Assembly (NCBI GenBank): GCA_963720265.1
Contig: CAVRET010000002.1
Span: 814,069 to 878,068 of the forward strand
Origin: an uncultured bacterium
Lineage (GTDB): Bacteria; Patescibacteriota; Saccharimonadia; UBA4664
DNA: 64,000 bases
Direction of reading: 5' to 3'
The position numbers and the translations under genes are program-made. Below, one piece after another: positions 53,905 to 63,805 of the stretch. The notes beneath the pieces were generated by a model that was given only the letters and a program-made list of their open reading frames with translations, made no database searches and was not told the origin of the DNA. Positions within the stretch are counted from its first letter, which is position 1. Each line of letters opens with the position of its first letter.

Positions 53905-54585
53905 TTAGTTCTTTGTTGGTGCGAAGAAATGGGGCTTTGAATTGTAAATGTCGTACAGATCATCAAATAGTGCGAGTAGCCGCGGATAGCGAGCAATCTT
54001 GTCTCTTGCTACCTGCATCTTCTCTTCGTAGACGGCTTTGCTTGGTGGGAATGGCTGGTGATCGATTGCGGCCATAACAAGATATGGCATGATCTTATCA
54101 AGTGCATAGACAAAACAACTTTCGGCATCTTCCAGCTGCTCGTAACCCTCAATGGTTTGTGTAATCCAGGGAAAGGCCTTCCCAAATCGTCGCTCAATGA
54201 CCTTGAGTGCTTCGGCCTCGCGGTTGGCCTTACTCGCAAGTTTCTCCGCCGATGACCAGATTGTGGTATCGCCAGCATGCACTTCGACGAGATCGTGAAC
54301 GAGTGCGTACTGGCTCACTTTGCCCAAATCGAGCGATTGATCCAGTTCATGGGCTATGGCGCATCCTAGGGTGGCAAGCAAAAAGCTGTGCTCGGCATCA
54401 TTCTCGAAGCGGTCAAGTTCCGGCTGAACTTTAATGGTTCGGAACGTAGTGGCCGCCGGAATTAGCAGTTCAGAGACTAGGGCAACGGTGTTTTGAGTAG
54501 TCTGTCTTGGCTCGATTGGAGTTTTATTTTTGGAGTCCATATTTTCAGGTCCAGGATCGCTTACGGTTCTTGGACTCTTTAGCAA
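53905..54585 (-). CDS. HD-domain phosphohydrolase (YfbR-like 5'-deoxynucleotidase family)
   Basis: H...HD...E...D pattern: AEHSFLLATLG...ALVHDLVEVHAGD. Confidence 0.6.
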   Translation of the reverse strand: MLKSPRTVSDPGPENMDSKNKTPIEPRQTTQNTVALVSELLIPAATTFRTIKVQPELDRFENDAEHSFLLATLGCAIAHELDQSLDLGKVSQYALVHDLVEVHAGDTTIWSSAEKLASKANREAEALKVIERRFGKAFPWITQTIEGYEQLEDAESCFVYALDKIMPYLVMAAIDHQPFPPSKAVYEEKMQVARDKIARYPRLLALFDDLYDIYNSKPHFFAPTKN

Positions 54586-54859
54586 TCACGGCATCATACA
54601 TATCAATATCCATCAAGCTTGCGAGGCCTAGAAGTACGATCTGAACGTCGGCAAGCTCCTCAATGAGGTCAGTTTGGCGGGTAGTATCAGTGAATTTTAG
54701 GCCAATGGTTTTGCGAACCGCCTTGGCCAGTTCACCAACTTCCTCCATGAGCATGACTAGTTTTTTGCTCGGGTCTTCGGTGTTGAACTTGCGCTCAATA
54801 TTCATTTGCCAGACATAGGCTTGCAGCTTCTTTAATGAGTCATCGGCTGGTAGCTCCAC
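54545..54859 (-). CDS. MazG-like nucleotide pyrophosphohydrolase
   Basis: EEVGELAKAVRK and EELADVQIVLLGLA are the two MazG EExxE/D metal-binding helices. Confidence 0.65.
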   Translation of the reverse strand: MELPADDSLKKLQAYVWQMNIERKFNTEDPSKKLVMLMEEVGELAKAVRKTIGLKFTDTTRQTDLIEELADVQIVLLGLASLMDIDMYDAVIAKESKNRKRSWT

Positions 54860-54861
54860 AA

Positions 54862-55812
54862 CTATGCTCCTCCTATCATTGAATATACAATTCCCTCGGC
54901 CACGTTGGAATTACTCGGGATGATGTAAGGGCTGCCCAAGCGCTCGGCCAGTATCGCAATATTTACAAACGCTTTATCAATACCCCACATGTAACCCTTC
55001 TGAAACTCGTATTTGGCCTCACGCTCCGCAAAGGTTAGTGGCAGTACTTGAGCGACAAACTCATTAAGATACCTCGTATAGGTTTTATACGGGTGAGAGG
55101 CGGAATCGGTGTGCTCGTCCAGTGGTAAGCCAATGGCTTTCATCATATCGATCACATTGGTGGATCCATAGATTATCGGTAAGCCCTCGGCTGGCGCTAC
55201 TCCAACTAGCTGTTCCAGAATGAAGTTCTTCATCCGGTCGATATCTTCAGGTGTGTTGAAGCTGTTCTCGTCCAATGAATTATGCGTAAACTTCTCATGC
55301 AGGGTGGCAGAGCCAATTGGTAGGAGATGCATTTGCTCGGGGGTACCCTGGCGGCCGACGATTACCTGGACACTGCCCCCACCCACATCGACTAGGGCGT
55401 ATGGGCGATCTGCCGGGAAGTCCCTTAAAACTGCCTTAAAGAACAAGGTCGCCTCTTCCTCTGAGCTGATATTCTCAACCGAGAATCCAGTCTCTTTGAG
55501 AATGCGATCCATTACATAGGCACGGTTCTTGGCTCGGCGCATGGCGTGTGTCGAGACTACCCGGTACGATTCAACGTCAAATTCAGTCAGCTTATCCCGA
55601 CATCGCTTAAGCTCGGTAATTGTGCGCACCAAGTAGTCGTCCCGCACGTTATCGTCCAACATGTCGCAACCGAAACAAGTTAGAGTATTCGATGCATACT
55701 GCTTCACCAAACTTCCGTTGGGTGACATCGACGCGATGAGGCACTTAACTTTGAGCGTACCAATATCGACTACGGCATAGTTTTCGGATTTACTCACAAC
55801 ATGCTTATCCAT
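54862..55812 (-). CDS. Ppx/GppA family phosphatase (exopolyphosphatase / pppGpp phosphohydrolase fold)
   Basis: ASKHA-fold motifs AVVDIGTLKVKCLIA (phosphate-1) and ALVDVGGGSVQV (phosphate-2). Confidence 0.7.
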   Translation of the reverse strand: MDKHVVSKSENYAVVDIGTLKVKCLIASMSPNGSLVKQYASNTLTCFGCDMLDDNVRDDYLVRTITELKRCRDKLTEFDVESYRVVSTHAMRRAKNRAYVMDRILKETGFSVENISSEEEATLFFKAVLRDFPADRPYALVDVGGGSVQVIVGRQGTPEQMHLLPIGSATLHEKFTHNSLDENSFNTPEDIDRMKNFILEQLVGVAPAEGLPIIYGSTNVIDMMKAIGLPLDEHTDSASHPYKTYTRYLNEFVAQVLPLTFAEREAKYEFQKGYMWGIDKAFVNIAILAERLGSPYIIPSNSNVAEGIVYSMIGGA

Positions 55813-55819
55813 AGTTTGA

Positions 55820-56437
55820 TTATACCGTCATTCCCGACGTACGAAGTACGGTCCGTAATTTGCGTACAAACCGATGCATTTGTGGGTCTAACTTTGTCTG
55901 ATCAATCGCCAAGACTTCGTCAAAGGTGAGCCACCGCATGCCAGCAAACTCTCGCTCGTCGTAGTCGAGTTTATCTGTTTTTGAGCCCTCCAGTACATAC
56001 CAAAGACTCACATCAGTGTGACCGGCGGTCCGGCCAACAGTAGCTGTAGAGGTGATAAAGATTGGCTTATTTCCAACAGGCGTCGTGAACTTGGCTGGTA
56101 TACCAAGCTCTTCGATTGCTTCACGTTCTACCGTTGCCCGAGGGTCTTCGTTTGGTTCAATGTGGCCGCCGGTTGGTAGTAATAATTCGGCATTGCGGTG
56201 GTCAACCAGAAGCATCGAAGACTCGGCAAGATCTACGAGGACGAAATATGACACAAGGTGGCGCGGTGGCTTGTCAGGTTTAGCGACTCGGAATATGGGT
56301 GCCCCCGATTTTATCCATGCAATCACGTCTGATTGATGCTGACGTTCAAGGTCATCAAAGGGCTCTATCCCGGAGACCGCATCAAGAACTATCTTCCGAC
56401 TCGGCTCCATCCCCATTCGTTCCACTACTTGCAACAC
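55820..56437 (-). CDS. NUDIX hydrolase
   Basis: Nudix box GGHIEPNEDPRATVEREAIEELGI. Confidence 0.7.
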   Translation of the reverse strand: MLQVVERMGMEPSRKIVLDAVSGIEPFDDLERQHQSDVIAWIKSGAPIFRVAKPDKPPRHLVSYFVLVDLAESSMLLVDHRNAELLLPTGGHIEPNEDPRATVEREAIEELGIPAKFTTPVGNKPIFITSTATVGRTAGHTDVSLWYVLEGSKTDKLDYDEREFAGMRWLTFDEVLAIDQTKLDPQMHRFVRKLRTVLRTSGMTV

Positions 56438-56506
56438 TCAAACCCTCCCTGAAGTATGACTACTTCGTATATGGTAATTGTTCGGTTGGATGATGTACAG
56501 GGTGGC

Positions 56507-56932
56507 TTAAACTTCCTCAGCGATATTCCTACGATGGGCGTTCACAGCTAATGGCTCCGTTTTGAATCTGAGTAATTCCGGCGACACTTCCAAATTGTAC
56601 AGACTGAGTTGGCCTTTGACAGGAAACGGGTCTTCAAGAACCCGCAAGTTGCTCAGTCCCCACACTTGGGCCCGAGGGTACAACTCAACGCACGCATCTT
56701 CGATGTCGGCCTGCGTCATGGGTCGGATATAGTCAATGGTAACCAGGCAGAGCGCAACGCCTTTGGGCTCGCCCACTCCACTCATTGAGGCACAGATAAG
56801 AATATCGCCCCGATATTTGGTGGTCCAGGTGCGGGTTTCTAGGGTCTTTTTGCCTGAGGCTACAAGATTTGCGTATGGTTGCTGGAGTGATAAGGCTTTA
56901 ACTAACATTGCATCATTATAGGCTGCCATCAC
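56507..56932 (-). CDS. ASCH domain protein
   Basis: ALSLQQPYANLVASGKKTLETR matches the ASCH/PUA-like N-terminal strand-helix pattern. Confidence 0.6.
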   Translation of the reverse strand: MMAAYNDAMLVKALSLQQPYANLVASGKKTLETRTWTTKYRGDILICASMSGVGEPKGVALCLVTIDYIRPMTQADIEDACVELYPRAQVWGLSNLRVLEDPFPVKGQLSLYNLEVSPELLRFKTEPLAVNAHRRNIAEEV

Positions 56933-57020
56933 TCAACAGGCCTACCAGCCATGAACCGCCCACGAGCTGAAGACATAATGAAGGTTCCACCATCTACGCA
57001 GCCAGTTGTAAAATACGGGT

Positions 57021-57836
57021 ATGAAAACCTTTAACGACATGGTCGGCTGGTACGCCCAACACCAGAATGACATTAATTTTGTTAAGGATGTCATTTTTGC
57101 TATTGGCGTACTAGCGACTTTTTATGGCTATATCAAGTTTCTGAAATTCCTCACGCAGCGGAAGATGCTAAACAAAAGACAGGAAATGGAAAATGACGCC
57201 AAGTTATACTATGAGGTCCATGACAAGTTAAAGGAGTACGTTGAAGATTTTGGTGCGACGCCGACAAACCTAAGAGACATTGGCATCAGGCTGCTTTATA
57301 TCAAGAATTACCCTTATAACCTTGATAACGACGGCTTTAGGTTCATGCTTTATTACTATTTTATGACCGAGCGTCATAAACCAAGCGGCTACATTTCCGG
57401 CAAAGGCTTGTACGTGCTTGATTACATAAGATATTTCAGCTCCAGCTTTTATGTTAATCCCAAAAACGGTAAGTGGTTTATCGATAAGCAAGGACGTTCG
57501 TTTAAGAAATATCGCGAGCTTACCCACGAACAGCTACTGAAGCGTATCCCCTTTGAAAATATATTTGGCTACGACTTTAATTCTGACTGGTCAGATAAAG
57601 GTGAGCCGGTTTTCTATACCAAGTACAAATATACCGACTGGAAATTATTTGCGGACGATTTAGAGGCCGTTACCATGAAAAATGGAGACTACCCGCTCGA
57701 TAGAGTGACCCTTCAAAAAAATAAGCGGGTACGGTCCAGAATTCTATTTCGCAGGCTCGAAAATGTCATTCGTAAGTACTTTAGAAGCAGAAAGGCAAAG
57801 AAGCGCATCAAACAGGCGAGAGTTCCTGATCGTTAG
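57021..57836 (+). CDS. hypothetical membrane-anchored protein (low-GC orphan)
   Basis: About 38% GC versus 45-60% in its neighbours. One N-terminal TM helix. Lys/Tyr/Phe-rich. C-terminal basic tail. Confidence 0.45.
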   Translation: MKTFNDMVGWYAQHQNDINFVKDVIFAIGVLATFYGYIKFLKFLTQRKMLNKRQEMENDAKLYYEVHDKLKEYVEDFGATPTNLRDIGIRLLYIKNYPYNLDNDGFRFMLYYYFMTERHKPSGYISGKGLYVLDYIRYFSSSFYVNPKNGKWFIDKQGRSFKKYRELTHEQLLKRIPFENIFGYDFNSDWSDKGEPVFYTKYKYTDWKLFADDLEAVTMKNGDYPLDRVTLQKNKRVRSRILFRRLENVIRKYFRSRKAKKRIKQARVPDR

Positions 57837-57896
57837 AGCTAGCTTCGATCCCGGTTTGGCGAGCCCACGGTGGCGCTTTCCACTGCCTAGCAAAAG

Positions 57897-60062
57897 TTAT
57901 GCTTGATCCGGCAAACCCGATCTCATGGATAGTATGCGTTGTCCATGCTCGGCCAAAAAAGTGTTAGTATCGTCCACCGCGAAGTGGTTGCTCACCAGAT
58001 AATCAATTTGTAGCACCTTTGGAAGCAAGCTTAGATATTTGGTACCGATTAGCAAGTCGCTGAGCTCTTTTTCGTTATCGCCGAACCAATCGCCTAAGGC
58101 CTGTGATGTAATGGGTTCGTTCCGTAACGATGATAAATAGGTAACAAGATTTGGGCACGATATTGACGACTCAAAATCATCAAGTGTGATCTCCTCGCTA
58201 GTATCAGCCTTATTCCTCATCTTGAGAAAGAGACGCAGGGTTCTGTTAATTTTAGAGCCTGCAAACGTCATTAGGGTCTGCTTTTGGCCAGACGGGTTTT
58301 GTATCAAGAAGTCATCGCCGTTCGCTGTTAGGTTCTCCTTGCTCAACTTTGACAAAGCATCCTGTATAACGGGGTCGAAATAGGAGTTTATCTCCTCGAC
58401 TTCTTGGAGGCAGTGCAACATTTCGCGCCGCACTACGTGTGATATATCCCCAGCGCCCCCTCCAAATATTGGCGCTTTGCCGTCAGTCGCCGGCGTGACG
58501 TGCATCTTCTTGCTATAGGTATCAATATCTGTGATTGTCCAAACGCGAGCCGCTAAGTATACGTTCGCCCCTATGGTTGTCGCCATCGTAAGGGGCATTT
58601 CACCAATATGTTCATGGTTATTAATAACTTGGAATTCCATCTTTGCCTCAAAGTGCGCATAAAAGTCTCTTGATTCAATCGATTTTTCAGCCGCTAGTCC
58701 GGTGACATACGAGCCATCAACATCTTCAATGAAATCAATTTCCATCAAATGATCGATGACTTGCTTGATTTGGTCTCCACTTATGTCTCCCCAACAATCC
58801 AACGCATTTAGCTGCACTAATAAGTCTTGGCGAGATAGGCCGCTGTACTGTAATAGAAGAGATAGCGCTTGCTGGACGAGCACGTTATATGGCTTCTTTA
58901 TGGGCACAACCTGCTCTATAGTGCCGCGCTTGTGAAGTTCCAGGGTCGCAATGCTCTGCAATAACGACCATTCTTTGGAAGCGTACAGATGAAGGATGCT
59001 GTGATGCTTCTGTCGGCCACTTCGTCCCAGTCTCTGGGTTAACGACGCTACGGAAGGTGCGCCTTCAACTTGGGCAATGCTGTCAACTGCCCCAATATCA
59101 ATTCCTAGCTCTAAGGTCGAAGTGCAGCAGATTGTGAACAGCTGTTGTTTGGATGTTTTTGCGAACTCCTCCGCTTCCAAACGTAAATCCTTGTCTACAG
59201 ATGCGTGGTGAGCAAAGTATCTAACGTTGTTTTTCGTCCGTTTTGCCCGACGTTTCAGGCCCACCGCTATTTCTTCCACTCGACCCCGAGCGTTTGGGAA
59301 CACTAGCATGCTTTCCCTGCACGAGTAGTCGAAGATGTCATCGATAATGCCAGACGAGGTGGTGGGCCCGTCAGATTGCTCATACAGGATAGTTGTTGTT
59401 AGTTCGTTTCTGCTACTGTCGAGGAGAACACTGGCATCACGCTCGGCACCAAAAAAGTGCTTTGCGATAACATAAGAATCACGATTGAGCGTGGCGGTCA
59501 TACCAATGTAGCGCGGAGACCGTTTAGCAAGTTTACGAATTCGCCCAAGTAAAGACTTAACATGAACGCCTCTAGACGTATCCAAGAAGCTATGCAGTTC
59601 GTCAACAATGACCCACTCGGTATCGCCAAACAGAGACTGTGCCTCGCCGGGGCGACGAGTAAGCATTGCCTCAAGCGACTCAGGGGTTATTAGCAGTATC
59701 CCCTTGGGGTCTTTGAGTAAGCTCTGTTTCCGTGATCTAGACGACTCACCGTGCCAGCTTGTTACCGGGATATCTAAGTAAGCACATAATTCCGTTATCC
59801 TATCAAATTGGTCATTTATGAGCGCGATCAACGGTGATACGTAGACTATTTTTACGCCACGCGACCAGTCCTCGACCGCATTGATGGCAGGAATAAATGC
59901 AGCTTCTGTTTTTCCTGATGCAGTTGGTGCAGCTAATATTAAGTTGTTACTGCCGTCATGCGCGTGTTGGATGGCCGATTCTTGAATCTTCCGGAGCTCC
60001 GGCCACCCCTGGTCGTAGATGTACTTAACAATGTCTCGTTTGAGGAGATCTAAAACACCCAA
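57897..60062 (-). CDS. Lhr-like DEAD/DEAH-box SF2 helicase (SngC-like)
   Basis: Motif I AAPTASGKTEAA, motif II VIVDELHSF, SAT-like MTATL, motif VI QRLGRSGRQ. A long C-terminal extension of about 330 aa follows the helicase core. Confidence 0.75.
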   Translation of the reverse strand: MGVLDLLKRDIVKYIYDQGWPELRKIQESAIQHAHDGSNNLILAAPTASGKTEAAFIPAINAVEDWSRGVKIVYVSPLIALINDQFDRITELCAYLDIPVTSWHGESSRSRKQSLLKDPKGILLITPESLEAMLTRRPGEAQSLFGDTEWVIVDELHSFLDTSRGVHVKSLLGRIRKLAKRSPRYIGMTATLNRDSYVIAKHFFGAERDASVLLDSSRNELTTTILYEQSDGPTTSSGIIDDIFDYSCRESMLVFPNARGRVEEIAVGLKRRAKRTKNNVRYFAHHASVDKDLRLEAEEFAKTSKQQLFTICCTSTLELGIDIGAVDSIAQVEGAPSVASLTQRLGRSGRQKHHSILHLYASKEWSLLQSIATLELHKRGTIEQVVPIKKPYNVLVQQALSLLLQYSGLSRQDLLVQLNALDCWGDISGDQIKQVIDHLMEIDFIEDVDGSYVTGLAAEKSIESRDFYAHFEAKMEFQVINNHEHIGEMPLTMATTIGANVYLAARVWTITDIDTYSKKMHVTPATDGKAPIFGGGAGDISHVVRREMLHCLQEVEEINSYFDPVIQDALSKLSKENLTANGDDFLIQNPSGQKQTLMTFAGSKINRTLRLFLKMRNKADTSEEITLDDFESSISCPNLVTYLSSLRNEPITSQALGDWFGDNEKELSDLLIGTKYLSLLPKVLQIDYLVSNHFAVDDTNTFLAEHGQRILSMRSGLPDQA

Positions 60063-61391
60063 TCACAAGACCTCAATGTCGTCGTCGTGGTTGTCGGCGT
60101 CTTTCTGTAATGACACATTGCTGGTTGTACCAAAGGTCTTGTCGAGCAGTTCGTTTATGGACGTTTCTGGATTCTGACGCGCGACGCTGAGAATTTGAAG
60201 ATATTCCCTAATGACTGTTCGTGGCGTCAGGAATTCGGCCGCGCCAGGACGGTTTAGCTGGCCTTCCATGTATTTGGTGATATTTTCGCTGTTACACGGA
60301 ATGCTTACGCTATAGTGCTGTTCAAAAATTGTCTTAAGTTTACTCAACAGGGTAAAAATATCTTCTTGGGATAGCGGCCTGAGATAGACTACAGGTTGGG
60401 ATAGGTCTACATATTGGTTATCATCAAACTTTCCGAATGAGAGTCTTCCTTTAAGTGCTTCGTAACTGAAGAGCCCGCGACGTTCATCCTCCAGGAACCT
60501 CCGCGTACCACCGAAGTTAACAAACATATTCTTGGCTCGGCCCTGAAGGCAGTCATTATATATGCTCATGATCCGTTCATAATTCTTATCGCGAGTCTGA
60601 CTCTGAGCGATTTTGTACAAGTTGATCGCTTCATCTAAGTTGATCACGAAGCCCTGATAACCGACGGCTATGAACAGTTCGGCGAGGTTTTTTAGCATGT
60701 CATAGTAATTGCTATCGGTAATGATTTCGCGAACACCAATCTCGCGGAGGGAATCAGTCTTGGCCGTATACTGCCCTTTAAGCCAACGAAGTGCACTTTC
60801 TTGCAGTTCGACGCTTCCAATTGCATAGCCCTCAAAGTACTTCGCAATGGCCTGGCCAAATTCGAAACCGCCTGGAGCGCTGAACTTTCGCGTGGTTTCG
60901 ATTATTTTGTCGACAACAAGTTTACGGTTGTCCTTAACCAGAGAATCAAAATCAACCTGAGCGGCTTCAATCACTTCGTTCATCAAGGATTCGATCCATT
61001 GATCAAGAATGCTACTTAAGGCGTTGCCGTCCTGATTTGTCTGCGTAACTAAGTTGCTAACTATTTCGGAGTATAGTGCTCGGGCCTTACCGTCACTTGC
61101 ATACAATCTGTTGACTGGCGTGAAGTCAACCTTGGACACAACAAAATTGGTCTTTAGGGCCAGCGACTCGATGAGCTGCAACATAAAACTTTTACCGCTT
61201 CCAAAGTCACCTATCCAGAATCGAACTTCGCTGTTGCCCTTTGCAACGTTCTCTAGTGAGCTAATGATGGCATCTGTTTCTTTGCCGCGACCCACCAGCA
61301 TATGCTGGATGCCGGTACTTGGCACGACGCCACCTTGCAGGGCGTTAATAATACTTGAAGATTCTTTTGCCTTTAACCCTACAAGTTCCAT
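60063..61391 (-). CDS. P-loop ATPase (SngB-like / DUF2791-type)
   Basis: Walker A WIGDFGSGKSFML, Walker B-like VINLDEA. 442 aa. Stop is adjacent to the helicase start, and it overlaps the upstream gene by 1 nt. Confidence 0.65.
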   Translation of the reverse strand: MELVGLKAKESSSIINALQGGVVPSTGIQHMLVGRGKETDAIISSLENVAKGNSEVRFWIGDFGSGKSFMLQLIESLALKTNFVVSKVDFTPVNRLYASDGKARALYSEIVSNLVTQTNQDGNALSSILDQWIESLMNEVIEAAQVDFDSLVKDNRKLVVDKIIETTRKFSAPGGFEFGQAIAKYFEGYAIGSVELQESALRWLKGQYTAKTDSLREIGVREIITDSNYYDMLKNLAELFIAVGYQGFVINLDEAINLYKIAQSQTRDKNYERIMSIYNDCLQGRAKNMFVNFGGTRRFLEDERRGLFSYEALKGRLSFGKFDDNQYVDLSQPVVYLRPLSQEDIFTLLSKLKTIFEQHYSVSIPCNSENITKYMEGQLNRPGAAEFLTPRTVIREYLQILSVARQNPETSINELLDKTFGTTSNVSLQKDADNHDDDIEVL

Positions 61392-63592
61392 TAGATCATT
61401 TCCTTTACAGCGTCACTGTATTCTTGTTCTAGTATAATTTTACCATCAACTTGCCGTATTACCTGATCTTCGAATAAACCGTAGAGTACCTTATTTACAG
61501 CTTGAATGTAGGCATTTATAAGTTTGCCGCGAGATTTAGCAAAGGTGGCACCATCGCCGATCGCGTATCCGTCTTGTGTTTCACAGATCTGCCGCAAGAA
61601 TTCTTTTTGATCATCGGAAAGCGTTTCAATGACGGTGGGCGTGACGGCATCGGACTTGGTATCCGGTGCCGAGGCGGACCGGGCTATTTCGATGGTAGTA
61701 ATGGGCGCGAGAGGCTTTTCGTCTGAGACCTCGTCATCATCGTCTCCAAGGTAGCCAGCGACGCTTCGTACGGCGTGATTGTGATCCTCGTATGCCATTC
61801 GTACTTTGCCCTCATCTAACACAACATGCCGAAGAGGCGGCTTCGTAAACGAGGCTAACTCTTCTGCTACCTCAGCGGTCACCGGCTGTTTGCTCGCGAC
61901 GAGAGCTTGATACGATCCAAGTTGATCCGGGTGAATCAGCTTCACTAATTGCCTGGTCGTCCAGTCGTCGAGCGTACCGACCTTGATGTTCATCGCATAG
62001 ATGGAAACCAGCTGCACTTTCTTGTCCGGGTGAGATCTAAGTATCTCTCGTGTCAGCCTGCTTGTAACTGAGCCATCATCGTACTTGTGTAAGATAGCTA
62101 AAACATCAGCGAGCGATTTGTTCTCCACCCCTGCAATATCCGATTTCCACGCCGAGGGATTCTGCGAGATTAACTTCTCCATGGTTTCGCTGGACAGACT
62201 AATTGGCTCTTGCACATCTTGAGCAGCAGCGATAACCGCATTCGCCGCGTCTCTTGGGATAGCTCGCCGTATCAAGTCGAGCTCCTTGTCTACGGCCAGC
62301 TGTCGAACGTAAGGTAATTTCTCGCGAATAGCTTCTTCGCACAATTTGAGGATATGATTGAGCAGCATGAATTGATACGGATCATTGACATAGCGACTGG
62401 TTCCTCCAAAAACTGCATCCAGGTACTTACTGATGCGGACCTTCCAGCCATCAGACGTTGACCGTTGCTTATTTAGAACGTCAAGAACTCGTAGATAATG
62501 GCGATATATGAGTACGCGGACTGCGGGTATCTCGAAGATCCGAGTCGAGCGAGGAGGCGTGATGTTGAGCAGCCTCTGCTGCGATTCGCTCAATTTATAG
62601 TATTTTCGTAATAACCCGTCGGTATCCCACCAAACTATCGGGAAGCCGCTTGGTGTTAGGCCGAACGCGCGCTTAATATCATTGTTAGCGGGTGGCAGTT
62701 CCTCACAGAGTTTTAGCGCGTAGGCTCTTGTACTCGTGACTAACTGTATGCCGGTACTTCTTTCCAATAACTGGTATGAGAATGAATTATCGTAAGCACG
62801 ACTACCCGTATAATGCTCTGTCACATGTCCTTCCGCGATGCAGAAGATTGTGTACAGAAGATTATTGTAGTGTGAATACTGATCTTGTGGCATGTGAGTC
62901 CTTAGGTATTCCAGTGACGATCCGCTCTTGCTAAGCTCAGTATCTATATATTTTGCTAACTGCTCGTAAAGCTCGTAAACAGCTTCCCGTAACTGCGGGA
63001 TTCTGAGATTGTTGCGCTCGTAAGGGATATCGAGCCGAGACACCCAATCTGTATGTGTCGGCGTCAGCTGCTGTGGTTGCGATACTGGCGCCAAAATTGC
63101 GGTTGGTTTGAGGTTCGAAACATCGTAAATTTTGATGTCATGCTCAGGTCTTACAACTGTGTGAGGCCGCGCTGGAGTAGTGGAGAGCCGTACAATATCG
63201 GAGAATTTCGGTTGAGGGCGTTGAGGTGCGGCAACCACCGTCTGGCTTTGCGCCACGCTAGTATCGGGTGGACGTGGCACGTCATGAGGGCTTGCACTAC
63301 TACGATCTGGCAACCTCGATTCGATCACACCTGGATTTGGCGGTGCCACACGAGGTCTGGGCTTGTATTTACTCAGAAGTATTAGGCCCTCGATAAGCGT
63401 AAACGGGATCCAAAACAAGATGGCCATACCAAAGGTCAAGATCGTTGAGAGTAAGATTAAAGTGCCGCTCAGTTTTCGGCCTAGGTAGTATCGGTGCAGG
63501 CCGAGCGAGCCAAAGAATATGCTGAGTAAACTAGCTACTAAAGCATTTTTTCGGTTCTTGGTGAGTTCAGACGCACTTACAAAATATTTCAT
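61391..63592 (-). CDS. TM2-domain membrane protein with large cytoplasmic domain (position and size of SngA/TerB-like component)
   Basis: N-terminal TM2 domain (KNRKNALVASLLSIFFGSLGLHRYYLGRKLSGTLILLSTILTFGMAILFWIPFTLIEGLILL), then about 640 aa. First gene of a tightly packed three-gene operon with overlapping stops and starts. Confidence 0.55.
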   Translation of the reverse strand: MKYFVSASELTKNRKNALVASLLSIFFGSLGLHRYYLGRKLSGTLILLSTILTFGMAILFWIPFTLIEGLILLSKYKPRPRVAPPNPGVIESRLPDRSSASPHDVPRPPDTSVAQSQTVVAAPQRPQPKFSDIVRLSTTPARPHTVVRPEHDIKIYDVSNLKPTAILAPVSQPQQLTPTHTDWVSRLDIPYERNNLRIPQLREAVYELYEQLAKYIDTELSKSGSSLEYLRTHMPQDQYSHYNNLLYTIFCIAEGHVTEHYTGSRAYDNSFSYQLLERSTGIQLVTSTRAYALKLCEELPPANNDIKRAFGLTPSGFPIVWWDTDGLLRKYYKLSESQQRLLNITPPRSTRIFEIPAVRVLIYRHYLRVLDVLNKQRSTSDGWKVRISKYLDAVFGGTSRYVNDPYQFMLLNHILKLCEEAIREKLPYVRQLAVDKELDLIRRAIPRDAANAVIAAAQDVQEPISLSSETMEKLISQNPSAWKSDIAGVENKSLADVLAILHKYDDGSVTSRLTREILRSHPDKKVQLVSIYAMNIKVGTLDDWTTRQLVKLIHPDQLGSYQALVASKQPVTAEVAEELASFTKPPLRHVVLDEGKVRMAYEDHNHAVRSVAGYLGDDDDEVSDEKPLAPITTIEIARSASAPDTKSDAVTPTVIETLSDDQKEFLRQICETQDGYAIGDGATFAKSRGKLINAYIQAVNKVLYGLFEDQVIRQVDGKIILEQEYSDAVKEMI

Positions 63593-63805
63593 GACTTGAG
63601 ATTACAGAACATTGTTACTACCAGGTGAAAGGCGAGTTAAACAAAGACGGGCACTCCCATGCCACCAATGTGTATCGCCAATCGTAAACGGGTTGATATC
63701 CCGTCGGTATAATTGTGACATCAAGCTCTATTTTACGCCAATAGTTGCTTCTTGAACCGGAATGTCATGATCGATTGTGCGGATGGTGCCACCGTCGATC
63801 GGAAC

